64,000 bases of DNA from Eledone cirrhosa (taxonomy: Eukaryota), in NCBI GenBank assembly GCA_964016885.1, contig OZ024741.1, forward strand, positions 385,144,001-385,208,000, written 5' to 3'. The position numbers and the translations under genes are program-made. The stretch's first letter is position 1; each line of letters begins with the position of its first letter. Of the stretch, positions 1-17,414 are shown piece by piece. The notes under the pieces were generated by a model. That model did not search any database and had not been told where the DNA came from. It was given only the letters and a program-made list of their open reading frames with translations.

Positions 1-4534
<4,534 letters not shown>

Positions 4535-5326
4535 CGTATTTAAGAAAGCCACAACAATGCAAAGGGAAATCTCGAGGTAGGAAGTGAAATATAGATAGGA
4601 AAAACAGGTGAAAGTGAAAGTTGAGAGAGACAAAGATGAAAACAAAACAAAGGTAGAAGGGTTACCGTAGTAGAGATTTTAATCCCAATATTTCGGGCTC
4701 ACGCCCATCAACGGGGGAAAAGTTCCAAAAGGGGGGAAAACAGGCCAAGCGGAGAAAGTGGTGATGTCGTTAAGACAGGAATGCCGTTATGGGGAGAAAA
4801 ATATTTAAAATTTAAACGAGGGAGAGAATGCGCGTGCGCGTGATTAGCTGTGGCAAAAGCTACTGACCAAATGGGTTAAATCAAGAGGGTGCGTTAGCGT
4901 GTGAAAGCCTTAAGATATGTGTATGTAAATATATATGTGTGTGTGACTGTGTGTGTATAAGTGTAAGTGTGTATATGTGTGAGTGTGTGTGTGTGTGAAA
5001 GATAGTGGGCTGTAGAAGTTGGAAATCAAAGGGTGTGAAAGGTGGTAGGTTGTAAAATATGTGTGCGTGTATAAATATAGAAGTGTGTGTGTGTAAGCGT
5101 ATGGGTATACATGTGTGTGTGTAACTGTGTATGTATATGTGTGAGTGCGTTTGTGTGTGAAAGATAGTGGGCTGTAGAAGCTGGAAATCAAAGGGTGTGA
5201 AAGGTGGTAGGTTGTAAAAACATGTGTGCGTGTAAAATATAGAAGTGTGTGTGCATGCGTATGGGTATGCATATACGTGCGTGTGTGTGAATATAGCAGG
5301 CCGTAGGCTGTGAATGGTCATTATGG

Positions 5327-6298
5327 TTAAATTAGCCATGTCAGCTCATTTCTCTCAGCCCGGTTGTTAAGTGGGGGTCTGAGGTTCTTAATAACAAGTG
5401 CTTCCTTTATCCTTAAGGATCCGATGCTGCGTTCAGTCGCTAGGACTGTGACCAAGGGTCTACCCTGTGGGTTTCCGCATTTGAGGATATGTTTACGGAA
5501 GGAAGATGCGTTGGTGTTGATATGTTCCTTGATACGAACATGTAGGGGTCGGATGGTGCTACCTATGTAAAACTTGTTACATTTATCGCATTGAATCTTA
5601 TATACGACATAGGTGCGTAGGCAATCTGCCCCCCGTATCGGGCAGTTGCTGAGGGAACAAGTCCTATCTGCCTCGTAGGGTTTGTTGGAGAGGCATCTTC
5701 GCAGCGAAGGTCCTGTGTGAGCCAAATGTATGTCAAGTCCCTCCGTACGTATGGCCCTGCGGATGGCGTTCGTGGTATATTCACTCAGGTGGGGGATTTT
5801 AAAGAAGCACCTGCTAATATTAAGTTTTCTAGTGGGTGTAGGTCTACTGGGTCTGGGGTCTCTAATTCCGTTAATCAGTCGCTTGGGATAACCATTAGAT
5901 CTGAGTAGATTACGGAATTGCGTGGTATGGGTGAGACCACCCATCGGGTCGCTGCATCTGTTAGTGATCCGTGTCAGTTCATTTAGGACATAGCCTCTCT
6001 TAGCGTTGTTGGGGAGGGCTGAGTTATAATGCACAAATAGGTCCTTGCACGCTGCTTTGCGGTAGAAAGTGGTGTTTATGTCTCCTTGTTCCGAGATGTT
6101 GATACGGAAGTCGAGGAGGGCGAGTGACCCGTCTTCTCCCGGGTGTTCGATGGTGAAATCGATGTGTTGGTCAATATCGTTGAAGATTTGGTGAATTTCA
6201 TTCGCCATCTCCCGGGAAGAAGTAAGTATCAGGATATCATCAACGTATCTGGAGTAGAAGGCGACGGCGTTGGGTTGGCAGGTATTGAGTGCCTTGCG
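5327..6298 (-). pseudogene. PLE-A RT (from catalytic YVDD motif) + GIY-YIG endonuclease, 5'-truncated
   Basis: Frame stays open upstream of the listed Met: RKALNTCQPNAVAFYSRYVDDILIL; downstream LALLD..TFYRK, VVYKIQCDKC..YIGST..RIKEH, EA..I..P.LN. Confidence 0.9.
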
Positions 6299-6299
6299 T

Positions 6300-7190
6300 T
6301 CCCGGGAGATGGCGAATGAAATTCACCAAATCTTCAACGATATTGACCAACACATCGATTTCACCATCGAACACCCGGGAGAAGACGGGTCACTCGCCCT
6401 CCTCGACTTCCGTATCAACATCTCGGAACAAGGAGACATAAACACCACTTTCTACCGCAAAGCAGCGTGCAAGGACCTATTTGTGCATTATAACTCAGCC
6501 CTCCCCAACAACGCTAAGAGAGGCTATGTCCTAAATGAACTGACACGGATCACTAACAGATGCAGCGACCCGATGGGTGGTCTCACCCATACCACGCAAT
6601 TCCGTAATCTACTCAGATCTAATGGTTATCCCAAGCGACTGATTAACGGAATTAGAGACCCCAGACCCAGTAGACCTACACCCACTAGAAAACTTAATAT
6701 TAGCAGGTGCTTCTTTAAAATCCCCCACCTGAGTGAATATACCACGAACGCCATCCGCAGGGCCATACGTACGGAGGGACTTGACATACATTTGGCTCAC
6801 ACAGGACCTTCGCTGCGAAGATGCCTCTCCAACAAACCCTACGAGGCAGATAGGACTTGTTCCCTCAGCAACTGCCCGATACGGGGGGCAGATTGCCTAC
6901 GCACCTATGTCGTATATAAGATTCAATGCGATAAATGTAACAAGTTTTACATAGGTAGCACCATCCGACCCCTACATGTTCGTATCAAGGAACATATCAA
7001 CACCAACGCATCTTCCTTCCGTAAACATATCCTCAAATGCGGAAACCCACAGGGTAGACCCTTGGTCACAGTCCTAGCGACTGAACGCAGCATCGGATCC
7101 TTAAGGATAAAGGAAGCACTTGTTATTAAGAACCTCAGACCCCCACTTAACAACCGGGCTGAGAGAAATGAGCTGACATGGCTAATTTAA
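6300..7190 (+). pseudogene. PLE-A RT thumb + GIY-YIG endonuclease, 5'-truncated inverted copy
   Basis: Protein identical to the minus-strand copy from SREMANE onward; lacks YVDD. Confidence 0.9.
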
Positions 7191-8027
7191 CCATAATGAC
7201 CATTCACAGCCTACGGCCTGCTATATTCACACACACGCACGTATATGCATACCCATACGCATGCACACACACTTCTATATTTTACACGCACACATGTTTT
7301 TACAACCTACCACCTTTCACACCCTTTGATTTCCAGCTTCTACAGCCCACTATCTTTCACACACAAACGCACTCACACATATACATACACAGTTACACAC
7401 ACACATGTATACCCATACGCTTACACACACACACTTCTATATTTATACACGCACACATATTTTACAACCTACCACCTTTCACACCCTTTGATTTCCAACT
7501 TCTACAGCCCACTATCTTTCACACACACACACACTCACACATATACACACTTACACTTATACACACACAGTCACACACACATATATATTTACATACACAT
7601 ATCTTAAGGCTTTCACACGCTAACGCACCCTCTTGATTTAACCCATTTGGTCAGTAGCTTTTGCCACAGCTTATCACGCGCACGCGCATTCTCTCCCTCG
7701 TTTAAATTTTAAATATTTTTCTCCCCATAACGGCATTCCTGTCTTAACGACATCACCACTTTCTCCGCTTGGCCTGTTTTCCCCCCTTTTGGAACTTTTC
7801 CCCCGTTGATGGGCGTGAGCCCGAAATATTGGGATTAAAATCTCTACTACGGTAACCCTTCTACCTTTGTTTTGTTTTCATCTTTGTCTCTCTCAACTTT
7901 CACTTTCACCTGTTTTTCCTATCTATATTTCACTTCCTACCTCGAGATTTCCCTTTGCATTGTTGTGGCTTTCTTAAATACGTATTTTTACACATTTCAC
8001 AATGCTTCAAGCAAACTTTAACACCCT

Positions 8028-8071
<44 letters not shown>

Positions 8072-8079
8072 CAAATATA

Positions 8080-8143
<64 letters not shown>

Positions 8144-8164
8144 CAAATATATATATATATATAT

Positions 8165-9461
8165 ACGTTATTCCTTCTTAGAGGGTAACGAAAAGAATGG
8201 GTATGCATGTAAAGACGCTGCTTGAAACAATTTGCGGTTAACCCTATGTAGGCCCTACGGGACGTGGGTGTTACAACCTTAATTTGTAGACAATGTTACT
8301 AGAGAGGCATTTCCCGGATAGGGGACAATCAGCCCGATTCCTACAATTACAGTTAGTACTAACTACAGGGTTGCACGTGTTCCTACGGCTAGGTAGTTTA
8401 GCTAAATTTGAAGCTGTGATGTTATGTGCAAAGTTAGGAGTCGTAGAGTAAGAAATTTTAATAGTGTTTCTATTAAAAATTTTACTATATTTATGTGTAG
8501 GGGGAAAATGCTTCGTAATAAGGGAAAGAAAGATCTTAGCTAATGGTGTGGCCACCTTCATATTATATGGTTTGTTAAACCAAAAAATGCGACGGGATCT
8601 ATTTCTTCTAGGTCTATTCTCGTACTCTGTATATGCTACCCTATCGACAAATCTACTTCGAGCAAGAGCTTCATTGTAATAAGTGGAATGGTCGTTGAAA
8701 ATGCGCTCGTTGGTGGAAAGACGGGAAAGCCTCAACGAAACGTTTTTTACCAGGTTCTTGGTTATGCTGGCAGGATGGTTGGAATGCTTACTTATGTAAT
8801 TAAGCGTATCATTCGGCTTTCTATACGGATAATACAACCCATTCAATAAATTGAGGGTAACGTCGAGGTAATTAACGACCGAGAGATTGGCCTCAACCTG
8901 TATAGAGAGGTTGAAGCCTTTAAAGAAGGCTGTGAGTTCTTTTCTGAATCTGTCGCAAGCACGAGGTCCGCACTTAGTCATGGTCAAAAGACCATCGTCA
9001 CGGTACAAACCACCGCCCGCGTTGGGGAATTCGTCCTTGATAGAGAAAAGAAGGAAAAGGCCAATAAGATCAGTAACCTCCGCAGAGTCACTGGCGGCCA
9101 TACTCACGTCGAATGGGGTACTATTGGATTTTTTAATCCAAATAGAGTCGTCAAAATTAATCACCGACTTCAGGTCTTGCTGGAAGGAATTGCTCCTATT
9201 CCGAAATTTGATACTCCGAATGAGTTCCAAGACATCATTTTCGAAGGGTAGCAATGCTGGGTTCCACGGAGAGTTATTATAGGTTTTAAATCCAAATTTG
9301 TCCTGTTTGTTGTCTGCTTTTCGCGGATTATCGAAATAAAAGGCACGCCAACGCAACCTTTTAATGAACGCGTCTGTTTTCTGTATCAGGAGTTTTAGGT
9401 ATGTTTTCCTGCTTGGTACGGGTATGTTCTTTGTAGAAATATTCAGATGTTGTTTCTGCAT
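8165..9461 (-). pseudogene. PLE-B RT-GIY-YIG ORF with in-frame deletion of the N-terminal RT motifs and a frameshift in the endonuclease
   Basis: ORF 8271-9461. After NIVYK a shifted frame reads [27 protein letters not shown] (YIG motif), cut by (TA)n at ~8165. Confidence 0.85.
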
Positions 9462-9605
9462 GATGAATATAAGTCAATAGAGTGCTCAACCGAAGGAGCC
9501 AAATAGTAATAATAATACAATTGAAGACTAAAATCCAAAGAGGGCTCGATAAGGAAAATATATATCAAATATATAAGAACCGAAGAGCAAATATTTATTA
9601 AAATA

Positions 9606-9681
9606 ACAGATTAAAGTTTAAGCAAAGAATCGCTGCTTTCACCCTTAACGGGATCTTCTGAAACTAACAAAGTCAATCTGT
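9606..9681 (-). ncRNA. Type I hammerhead ribozyme-like motif, variant core CAGAAGA
   Basis: Minus strand: AGTTT-CAGAAGA-tCCCgttaaGGGt-GAA-AGCAG..TTGCT-T-AAACT, with distal stem I ACAGATTGA/TTAATCTGT. Confidence 0.65.
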
Positions 9682-10928
9682 AAACGCAGAACTGGATATT
9701 TCAAAAAACGTTGCAACCATTATTTTTGGAAGCCATCTGGATAGTGAATTGTTTATATTATTTTAATAAGTCTTAGTGTTAAGGACAATTAGAAAAAGAC
9801 GGAGAGAAAGAAAAAAGACGGAGAGAGAGAAAAAAGAAAAAGAAAAAAGACGGAGAGAGAGAAAAAAGAAAAAGAAAAAAATGTGGAGAAATATCGGAGA
9901 GAGAGAAATGCATGGAGAAAAAAGAGAGAGATAAATAAAGACAGGAGGAAAGAAAGAAAAAAGGAAGAAATAAGAAAAACAGAGGAAAGCAACAGAGAGA
10001 TATCAAGTCATCAGACAGATAGAAAAACTCAAGAGAGAGAAATAATATATAGAGAGAGGGGGAGATAATGAAAACTTTACGTCATGTCATATTACGTTGA
10101 GTTAACAATTTATATGAAATGAATAATAAAAATATAAATATCAATATTCATGAATGGGACATAAATATATAATATGAGAAATTAAACAGTTTAATAATGA
10201 TTATATGTTTAGTTTAAAACTTGAGATCAATATACTAAAATTTGAGAAACCACTATCTTACGGCAAAGATAGACAAATATATATATATATATATACACGT
10301 CCTGAAAATAGAAATTATGTCTACTCAGGTCTACAATATAGACATACAAAACGCAAATGATTTCTCTTAATCACTGCTATACATTCCTTGTGTTATAAAA
10401 AGTTCACAGTATATATACATAAATATATACGATTAACATTCATGCCTTCATATATACGATTACCATTCATGCATTTAACATTCTGTTAAAATTATGCATA
10501 TCTGCAATAAAAACTGCGTGGGTAGGCATGCACACACATAACTCTCACCCACACACATACATATACATATATATATATATACACATACATATGTATAAAT
10601 AAATATTTGCGTGCGTCTTCACCAATTGTTAGACCCGCATCGCTCATGTACACATACAGACAGATATACAATCATAAAAAAAACATATAACACTTTTATA
10701 TGCATGTTAATACACACATACACATCTGTATAGAGATAATCAAATATCAATATATTACTAAAGGATTATACTTTGGAAATATAATTATAACAATATAAAT
10801 TTAAAATACTAAAGGATTATATTTTGGAAATACAATTATATCAGTATAGTCTAAAGGACAAACGAATTCTAGAGATATCAAAACATTAAATATCTTTAAA
10901 AACACTATAGAGTATCTTAAGTTAAAAT

Positions 10929-11026
10929 AATTGTTTCTACTTTAGGCACAAGGCCAGCAATTACCCAGTGCATTACTGGTACTTTATTTTATCGACCCCA
11001 TAAGGATGAAAGGCAAAGTCAACCTT
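10929..11026 (-). mobile_element. 5'-truncated SINE inserted in the PLE-C 3'UTR
   Basis: Reverse complement of the 3' half of SINEs at 55940/56878; probable TSD ttaa(g/a)ttaaaataat at 10917-10931 and 11025-11039. Confidence 0.8.
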
Positions 11027-11146
11027 AAATTAAAATAATGTTTCATATATTTAGTATAGAAATTTATCCTACGTATATTTTAATCAAGATATTGAAAGGG
11101 TAGACTTATGAAAATTATGAGAAGCTATCAGAATCAAAACAAACCT

Positions 11147-11237
11147 AATAAAAATAAATAAAAATAAATAAAAATAAATAAAAATAAAAATAAAAATAAA
11201 AATAAAAATAAAAATAAAAATAAAAATAAAAATAAAA
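11147..11237. repeat. (AAAAT/AAAAAT)n microsatellite
   Basis: Directly visible. Confidence 0.9.
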
Positions 11238-11520
11238 GTTAAATAAATATATCAATATAATTTAAACATTTTAAAATTTTTAAAAAGTTTTAAAAATTTA
11301 AATATTTAAAAAACCAAGGATTCTACAGATATCCTTATATTTAGTATAGAAATTTATCTTACGTATATTTTATTTAAGACATTGGAAGTATAAACATTTT
11401 AGAGTAGTGTATTATATCTATGTTTATATTTAGTAAGAAAATTTAAAAAGAAAAAGGTGAAGGAATCTAATGATTTATCGACAGGTTTCATATATTAACT
11501 AAATTACTTAATTACTTATA

Positions 11521-11757
11521 CTACATTTTAAATTTATATTTATATTTAAACGTTGAGTTCAATCTATGTCTGCAGCAACTGAATAAATAATTCCTTAAAT
11601 TAAGGGAATTTTTGGACTTTAATATAAAGAATATTTCTTCAATACAAAGATCACAATTTTCTGAAGAGGAATTAAAAGGAGTAGCTTTTGAAATAATATT
11701 CCAAGTCATTGAATATTTAACATTATCTCGTTTAAGGTCCCATAGTAGGCAGATAGT
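11521..11757 (-). pseudogene. PLE-C GIY-YIG endonuclease C-terminal fragment
   Basis: LLWDLKRDNVKYSMTWNIISK..CDLCIEE..CRHR, homologous to ~23738-23965. Confidence 0.8.
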
Positions 11758-11863
11758 TTCCATTTATTAATATCGTATATCTACTCCAAATACTTGTCGA
11801 GTGCTTTATATCAGTTATAAAAATATTTACTCGTTGTATCCGAACAATTTTAAATAGAACTTT

Positions 11864-11959
<96 letters not shown>

Positions 11960-11962
<3 letters not shown>

Positions 11963-13864
11963 GTTTTACAACGTGAGGACCAGAAACAGGAGGTATTCAA
12001 GATTGCGAGGCAGTGTGTCAGAGATAGTTGTGATGTCATTGGAGAGAAGTGTATCCGGAATGATAAAGGTGAGCTTGCCCTCACAAGTGCTGAGAAGAAA
12101 GATGCATGGAAGAGTCATTATGATAGATTACTAAATGAGGAGAATGCATGGGAAGAAGAGACCCTACCCCACGTAGACCCTATAGAGGGACCAGCAGTAC
12201 AAGTCAGCGGCAGCGTAGTAAGTAAGGCAATCAGAGATATGAAGATAGGGAAGGCAACCGGTCCATCGGGTATAGCTGCCGAGATGCTGAAGGCATCTGG
12301 GTCTGTAGGTCACACTATAACCACACGTATCGTTAACCAGGTAATACTAGAGGGGGCCATACCAAAAGATTGGTGCAGTAGCATCATTGTCAACTGCTAC
12401 AAAGGTAAAGGCGATGCACTAGATAGAGGAAACTATAGAGGTATAAAGTTGATGGACCAGGTCATGAAAGTAACAGAAAGAGTTATAGCACAGCTGATTA
12501 GGGACCGGGTGAATATAGACGAGATGCAATTTGGGTTTGTACCAGGGAAAGGCACCACTGATGCGCTCTTCCTTGTGAGGCAATTACAGGAAAAGTACCT
12601 AGCTAAAAGTAAGCCACTCTACTTGGCATTTGTCGACCTTGAGAAAGCCTTTGACAGAGTTCCACGTGCAGTAATCTGGTGGGCTCTTAGAAAACTAGGA
12701 GTAGATGAATGGCTTGTGAAAGCGGTACAAGCCATGTATAGGGGAGCAGTCAGCAAAGTTAGGATTGGCAATGAGTATAGCGAGGAATTTAACGTACAGG
12801 TTGGGGTCCACCAGGGCTCTGTTCTTAGCCCTCTCCTGTTCATCATAGTCCTGCAGGCAATAACGGAGGAGTTTAAGACCGGATGCCCATGGGAATTCCT
12901 GTATGCTGATGACCTCGCACTCATAGCTGAATCTATGGTAGAACTAGAGAATAAATTCCAAACCTGGAAGCAGGGACTAGAGAGAAAGGGCCTCAAAGTC
13001 AACATGACAAAGACTAAGGTCCTTGTAAGTAGACGAGAAAACAGAACCCAGATCCCCTCAGGGAAATGGCCTTGCTCAGTATGTAGGAAAGGTGTAGGTA
13101 GAAACTCCATTCTCTGCCCCAAATGCAAACAATGGGTACACAAGAGATGTAGCGGGATCTCAGGAAGCTTAATTAAGAATGTAGGATTCACATGCAGCAG
13201 CTGTGCTGAAACAGCAAGCAAACAGCCACAGGAAACAAGTACCACCAATCTCTGGGAGGGCCCTGTAGAAACAGTAGACAGCTTCTGCTACCTAGGTGAC
13301 CAAATTAGCAACGGAGGTGGGTGCTCAGAAAGTACAATAACTAGGGTAAGAACGGGATGGAAGAAGTTTAGGGAACTACTACCACTGCTAGCTGCAAAAG
13401 GCTTCTCCCTCAGAATGAAAGGCAGACTGTATGATGCGTGTATCCGAACAGCGATGTTGCATGGTAGTGAGACCTGGGCGCTGAAGGTGGAAGACTTACG
13501 TAGATTAGAGAGAAACGAAGCCTGCATGCTCCGATGGATGTGTAACAGTAATATACGTGAACGACAAAGCATAAAGGAATTGAGAGAGAGACTGAGCATA
13601 AGAGGAATCAAATGCTGCGTGCGGGAGAGGCGGTTACGCTGGTATGGACATGTGATGCGTATGAAGGATGACAGCTGCATAAAAAGGTGCAGAGCACTAG
13701 AAGTTGATGGAAACCGCGGAGTGGGGAGACCCAAGATGACTTGGGATGAGGTGATAAAAGCCGACCTTACCCAACTACACCTCTCAAAGTCAATGACACA
13801 CGACCGTGACTTCTGGCGTCACGCAGTAATACAGGGTACCCGACCTCCCATGGGTACATGCTGA
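11960..13864 (+). CDS. RTE-1 reverse transcriptase, open but lacking the endonuclease
   Basis: Frame open from HVLQRE; motifs NYRGI, QFGF, FVDLEKAFD, GVHQGSVLSP, YADD, YLG, RRLRWYGHV. Confidence 0.85.
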
Positions 13865-14171
13865 AGCATATAAACAATATGCCCCCCCCCCCTCCACCGC
13901 AAGGTGGCCGTGGAGGTGCCACGGCAAAAAAGCACCCAGCCCACACTGTAAAGTGGACGTGTAGGCGCCACGAAAAAGCACCCAGCACTCACTGTAAATG
14001 AGGTTGGTGTTAGGAAGGGCATCGAGCTGTAGAAATCAAGCCAGATCAGTTCCTGTATGAGCAAGGCATGGTCAGCCGACCAGACACTGCCCACAACAGG
14101 ACAACCCGTCTAACCCATGCTAGCGTGGAAGAACGGACGTAAAACGGTGATGATGATGATGATGATGATGA
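11960..14171 (+). mobile_element. RTE-clade LINE family 1, 5'-truncated copy with (GAT)n tail
   Basis: Nearly identical to 37868-40075; both ends in (TA)n. Confidence 0.95.
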
Positions 14172-14727
<556 letters not shown>

Positions 14728-15302
14728 TGGTTCAGTCTAATTCAACCGGATTGGTCTGTCCCAGTCATTCATTGAGCAACATCGGTAAGGTTGGCACCAT
14801 TAACTCACGGTTGGGTGTGGATGCATTCATGTATATGTGTGTGTCCGCATGTATCTGTGTGTTTCTAAATATATTGTTCATAGCTCCCTCTGGTCGAGTA
14901 ATCTTTGAAGTGTGGTGAGTGCTGGAAAGCTGCCATTACTCATACTTCTCGCCTCCTTCACCACCTCTTCTGCGGCTTCGATATAAATACCCCCTCCGCC
15001 TCCGTGGTATTTTCTTCGGGGTTATAAGAGGCTTAGCTCTGTTTCTCGACCGTTATATCGCGTGACTATCTCCTCCTCCGCCTTTTAGGATTCTTTCTCA
15101 CGTCGTGTAGACGCGTTCTTGAAGCTAGTAAAATGAGGTATCCTCTTGATAAGTCGCCAGACCTCGCAAAGACTCTATATCTTTATGATGTATTGTTTTT
15201 GTTTATGGCACGAAACTACGTAGTCGAGGAATCTAGGAGCAGTTTAGGTATGATACATTTTATTACTAATTATATCTAAATGTTTCTTCTCTCTTCATAA
15301 TG
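14728..15302 (+). mobile_element. Non-coding PLE pLTR / retrozyme-like insertion with hammerhead
   Basis: Unique ~575-bp island between (TA)n tracts with a hammerhead near its 3' end. Confidence 0.55.
15141..15230 (+). ncRNA. Type I hammerhead ribozyme, U3-A8 core variant
   Basis: TCCTC-TTGATAA-GTcGCCA..TGGCAC-GAA-ACTACGTAGT-C-GAGGA; palindromic stem III, GUC site. Confidence 0.78.
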
Positions 15303-15339
15303 TATATGTATATATATATATATATATATACATATACAA

Positions 15340-15372
<33 letters not shown>

Positions 15373-15407
15373 AATATATATACATATACAAATATATATA
15401 TATATAT

Positions 15408-17414
15408 ATCATCATCATCATCATCATCGTTTAACGTCCATGTTCCACGCTTGCATGGGTTTGGACGGGCGTTTTCCCACTTGAGGCAAGAGTGGTTGTC
15501 ATTGCTCGCATAGGACTGTCTGGCGGGTTTTCTACAGCTGGATGCCCTTCCTAACACCAACCACATTTACAGTGTGGGACTGGGAGGTTTTTACCGTGTT
15601 GCCTACACGGCCACATTACAGCGTGGACTGTGTGTTTTTTTTTTGTCGTGACACCTACACGATCTCATTTGTTTCGGCCTGGATGTTGTGGCACCAACAT
15701 AACTTTACATTGAAAGGGGCGGTGTGGTGGGACGGGGGTGTATTTTGTTAGAGATGCCTACTGACTGTAGTAGGTTTTACTTTGTATTTAGCTAAGGCGG
15801 GTCTTCTCTATTACTGAGTACCGCCAAAGATCTCGGTCCAGTGACATTGTCTTGGAGAGGTGTAAGTGTGTGAGGTCGGAATTTATCAGGTCGTCCCAGG
15901 TTTTTCTGGGTCTGCCTACTCCATGGCTACCGTCTATCTTTATTGCCCTGCACTTTTTTATACAACTGTCGTCTTCCATGCGCATCACGTGACCATACCA
16001 ACGTAGCCTTCTCTCGAGTAAACAACATCTGATCCCTCTTATTTCTAATTTTTCCCTTAGTTCGTTTATGCTTTGCCGTTCACGTATATTACTATTACAC
16101 ATCCAGCGGAGCATGCAAGCTTCGTTCCTCTCTAGTCTGCGTATATCCTCTGCACACAATGCCCAGGTCTCACTGCTGTTCGTATGCAGGCATCATACAG
16201 CCTGCCTTTCATTTTTAGGGAGAACCCTTTAGCGGCTAATAGTGGTATAAGCTCTCTGAACTTTTTCCATCCAGTTCTGACTCTAGCTACTGTACTTTCA
16301 GAGCACCCTCCCCCACTGCTGATTTTGTCACCCAGGTAACGGAAGCTGTCCACTATTTCTATAGAACCCTCTGCGCAATTGAAAGAGCTAGTATTTTCTG
16401 GCAACTTGCTGCTACTTATTGCACCAGAGGACCGGCCACATGTAAAATCTATGTTCTTAGTTAGCTTACCTGTGATCCCACTACATCTTTTATGCACCCA
16501 TACTTTGCATTTGGGACATAAAATGGAGTTTCTACCAACGCCTTTCCTACACACTGAGCATGGCCATTTCCCGGAAGGGACCGCCGCCTTATTTTCTTTC
16601 CTACAAACTAGAACTTTAGTCTTAGCCAGGTTAATTTTAAGGCCTTTTGATTCTAGGCCGTGCTTCCATGTTTGGAATTTCTTCTCTAGCTCGGCCATTG
16701 ATTCAGCTATGAGCGTTAGATCATCTGCGTATAGGAGTTCCCATGGGCAGCCGGTCTTGAACTCCTCTGTTATAGCCTGAAGGGCAATAATAAATAGTAG
16801 GGGGCTAAGAACAGAGCCCTGATGGACACCAACTTTTACGCTAAACTCTTCACTATATTCGTTGTTAATTCTAACTTTGCTGACTGTTTCTTTATACATG
16901 GCTTGTATAGCTCTCACAAGCCATTCGTCAACACCTAGTTTTCTAAGAGCCCACCAGATAATGGAACGGGGACTCTGTCGAAGGCTTTCTCCAAGTCAAC
17001 AAAAGCTAAGTATAGGGGTTTACTTTTAGCTAGGTACTTCTCCTGTAGTTGTCGTACAATGAAAAGAGTGTCTGTGGTACTTTTGCCTGACACAAACCCG
17101 AACTGCATTTCATCTAGATCAATTCTCTCTCTGATTAGTTGCGCTATTACTTTTTCCGTGACCTTCATGACCTGGTCGATTAATTTAATGCCTCTATAGT
17201 TACACCTATCTAGGGCATCTCCTTTACCCTTGTAACAGTTAATGATGATGCTGCTATGCCAGTCCTTTGGAACAACCCCATTCTGTATGACTTGGTTTAC
17301 TATCCGGATGACCATGGTGTGTCCCACCGTTCCAGAGGCTTTCAGCATCACAGCAACTATTTCCGAAGGCCCAGCCGCCTTACCCGTCTTCATATCTTTG
17401 ATTGCCTTACTTAT
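15408..17414 (-). mobile_element. RTE-clade LINE family 2, 5'-truncated, frameshifted
   Basis: Three consecutive RT fragments (16935-17393, 16132-16917, 15788-16159); (GAT)n tail at ~15408-15428. Confidence 0.93.

Larger units (their letters stand above)
4527..8030. mobile_element. Penelope-like element family A: two 5'-truncated copies head-to-head (arms 4527-6218 and 6299-7990) plus ~40-bp tail 7991-8030
   Basis: 1692-bp near-identical inverted arms, identical RT-thumb/GIY-YIG ORFs on both strands, flanked by (TA)n. Confidence 0.93.
8165..9718 (-). mobile_element. Penelope-like element family B (Hydra-clade-like): 5' pLTR, 5'UTR and internally deleted ORF
   Basis: ORF with STKNIPVPS..FIKRLRWRAFYF N-terminus, YRDD, CNC..CPL..C linker; hammerhead in 5' pLTR; same pLTR at 18909-19036. 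Confidence 0.85.
9719..11866 (-). mobile_element. Penelope-like element family C, 3' part (EN C-terminus + long 3'UTR) with inverted pLTR piece at ~11753-11866
   Basis: Colinear similarity to ~22170-23970; ORF end ..CDLCIEE..FSCCRHR; 11753-11866 is a reverse-complement homolog of 21908-22027. Confidence 0.8.

Noticed and set aside
7797-7835. Hammerhead-like motif in the PLE-A pLTR (TTGAT-GGGCgtgaGCCC-GAAATATT; mirrored at ~4683-4720)
   Set aside because: Position and palindromic stem III fit, but G8-A9 cannot be placed without breaking stem II; at best degenerate
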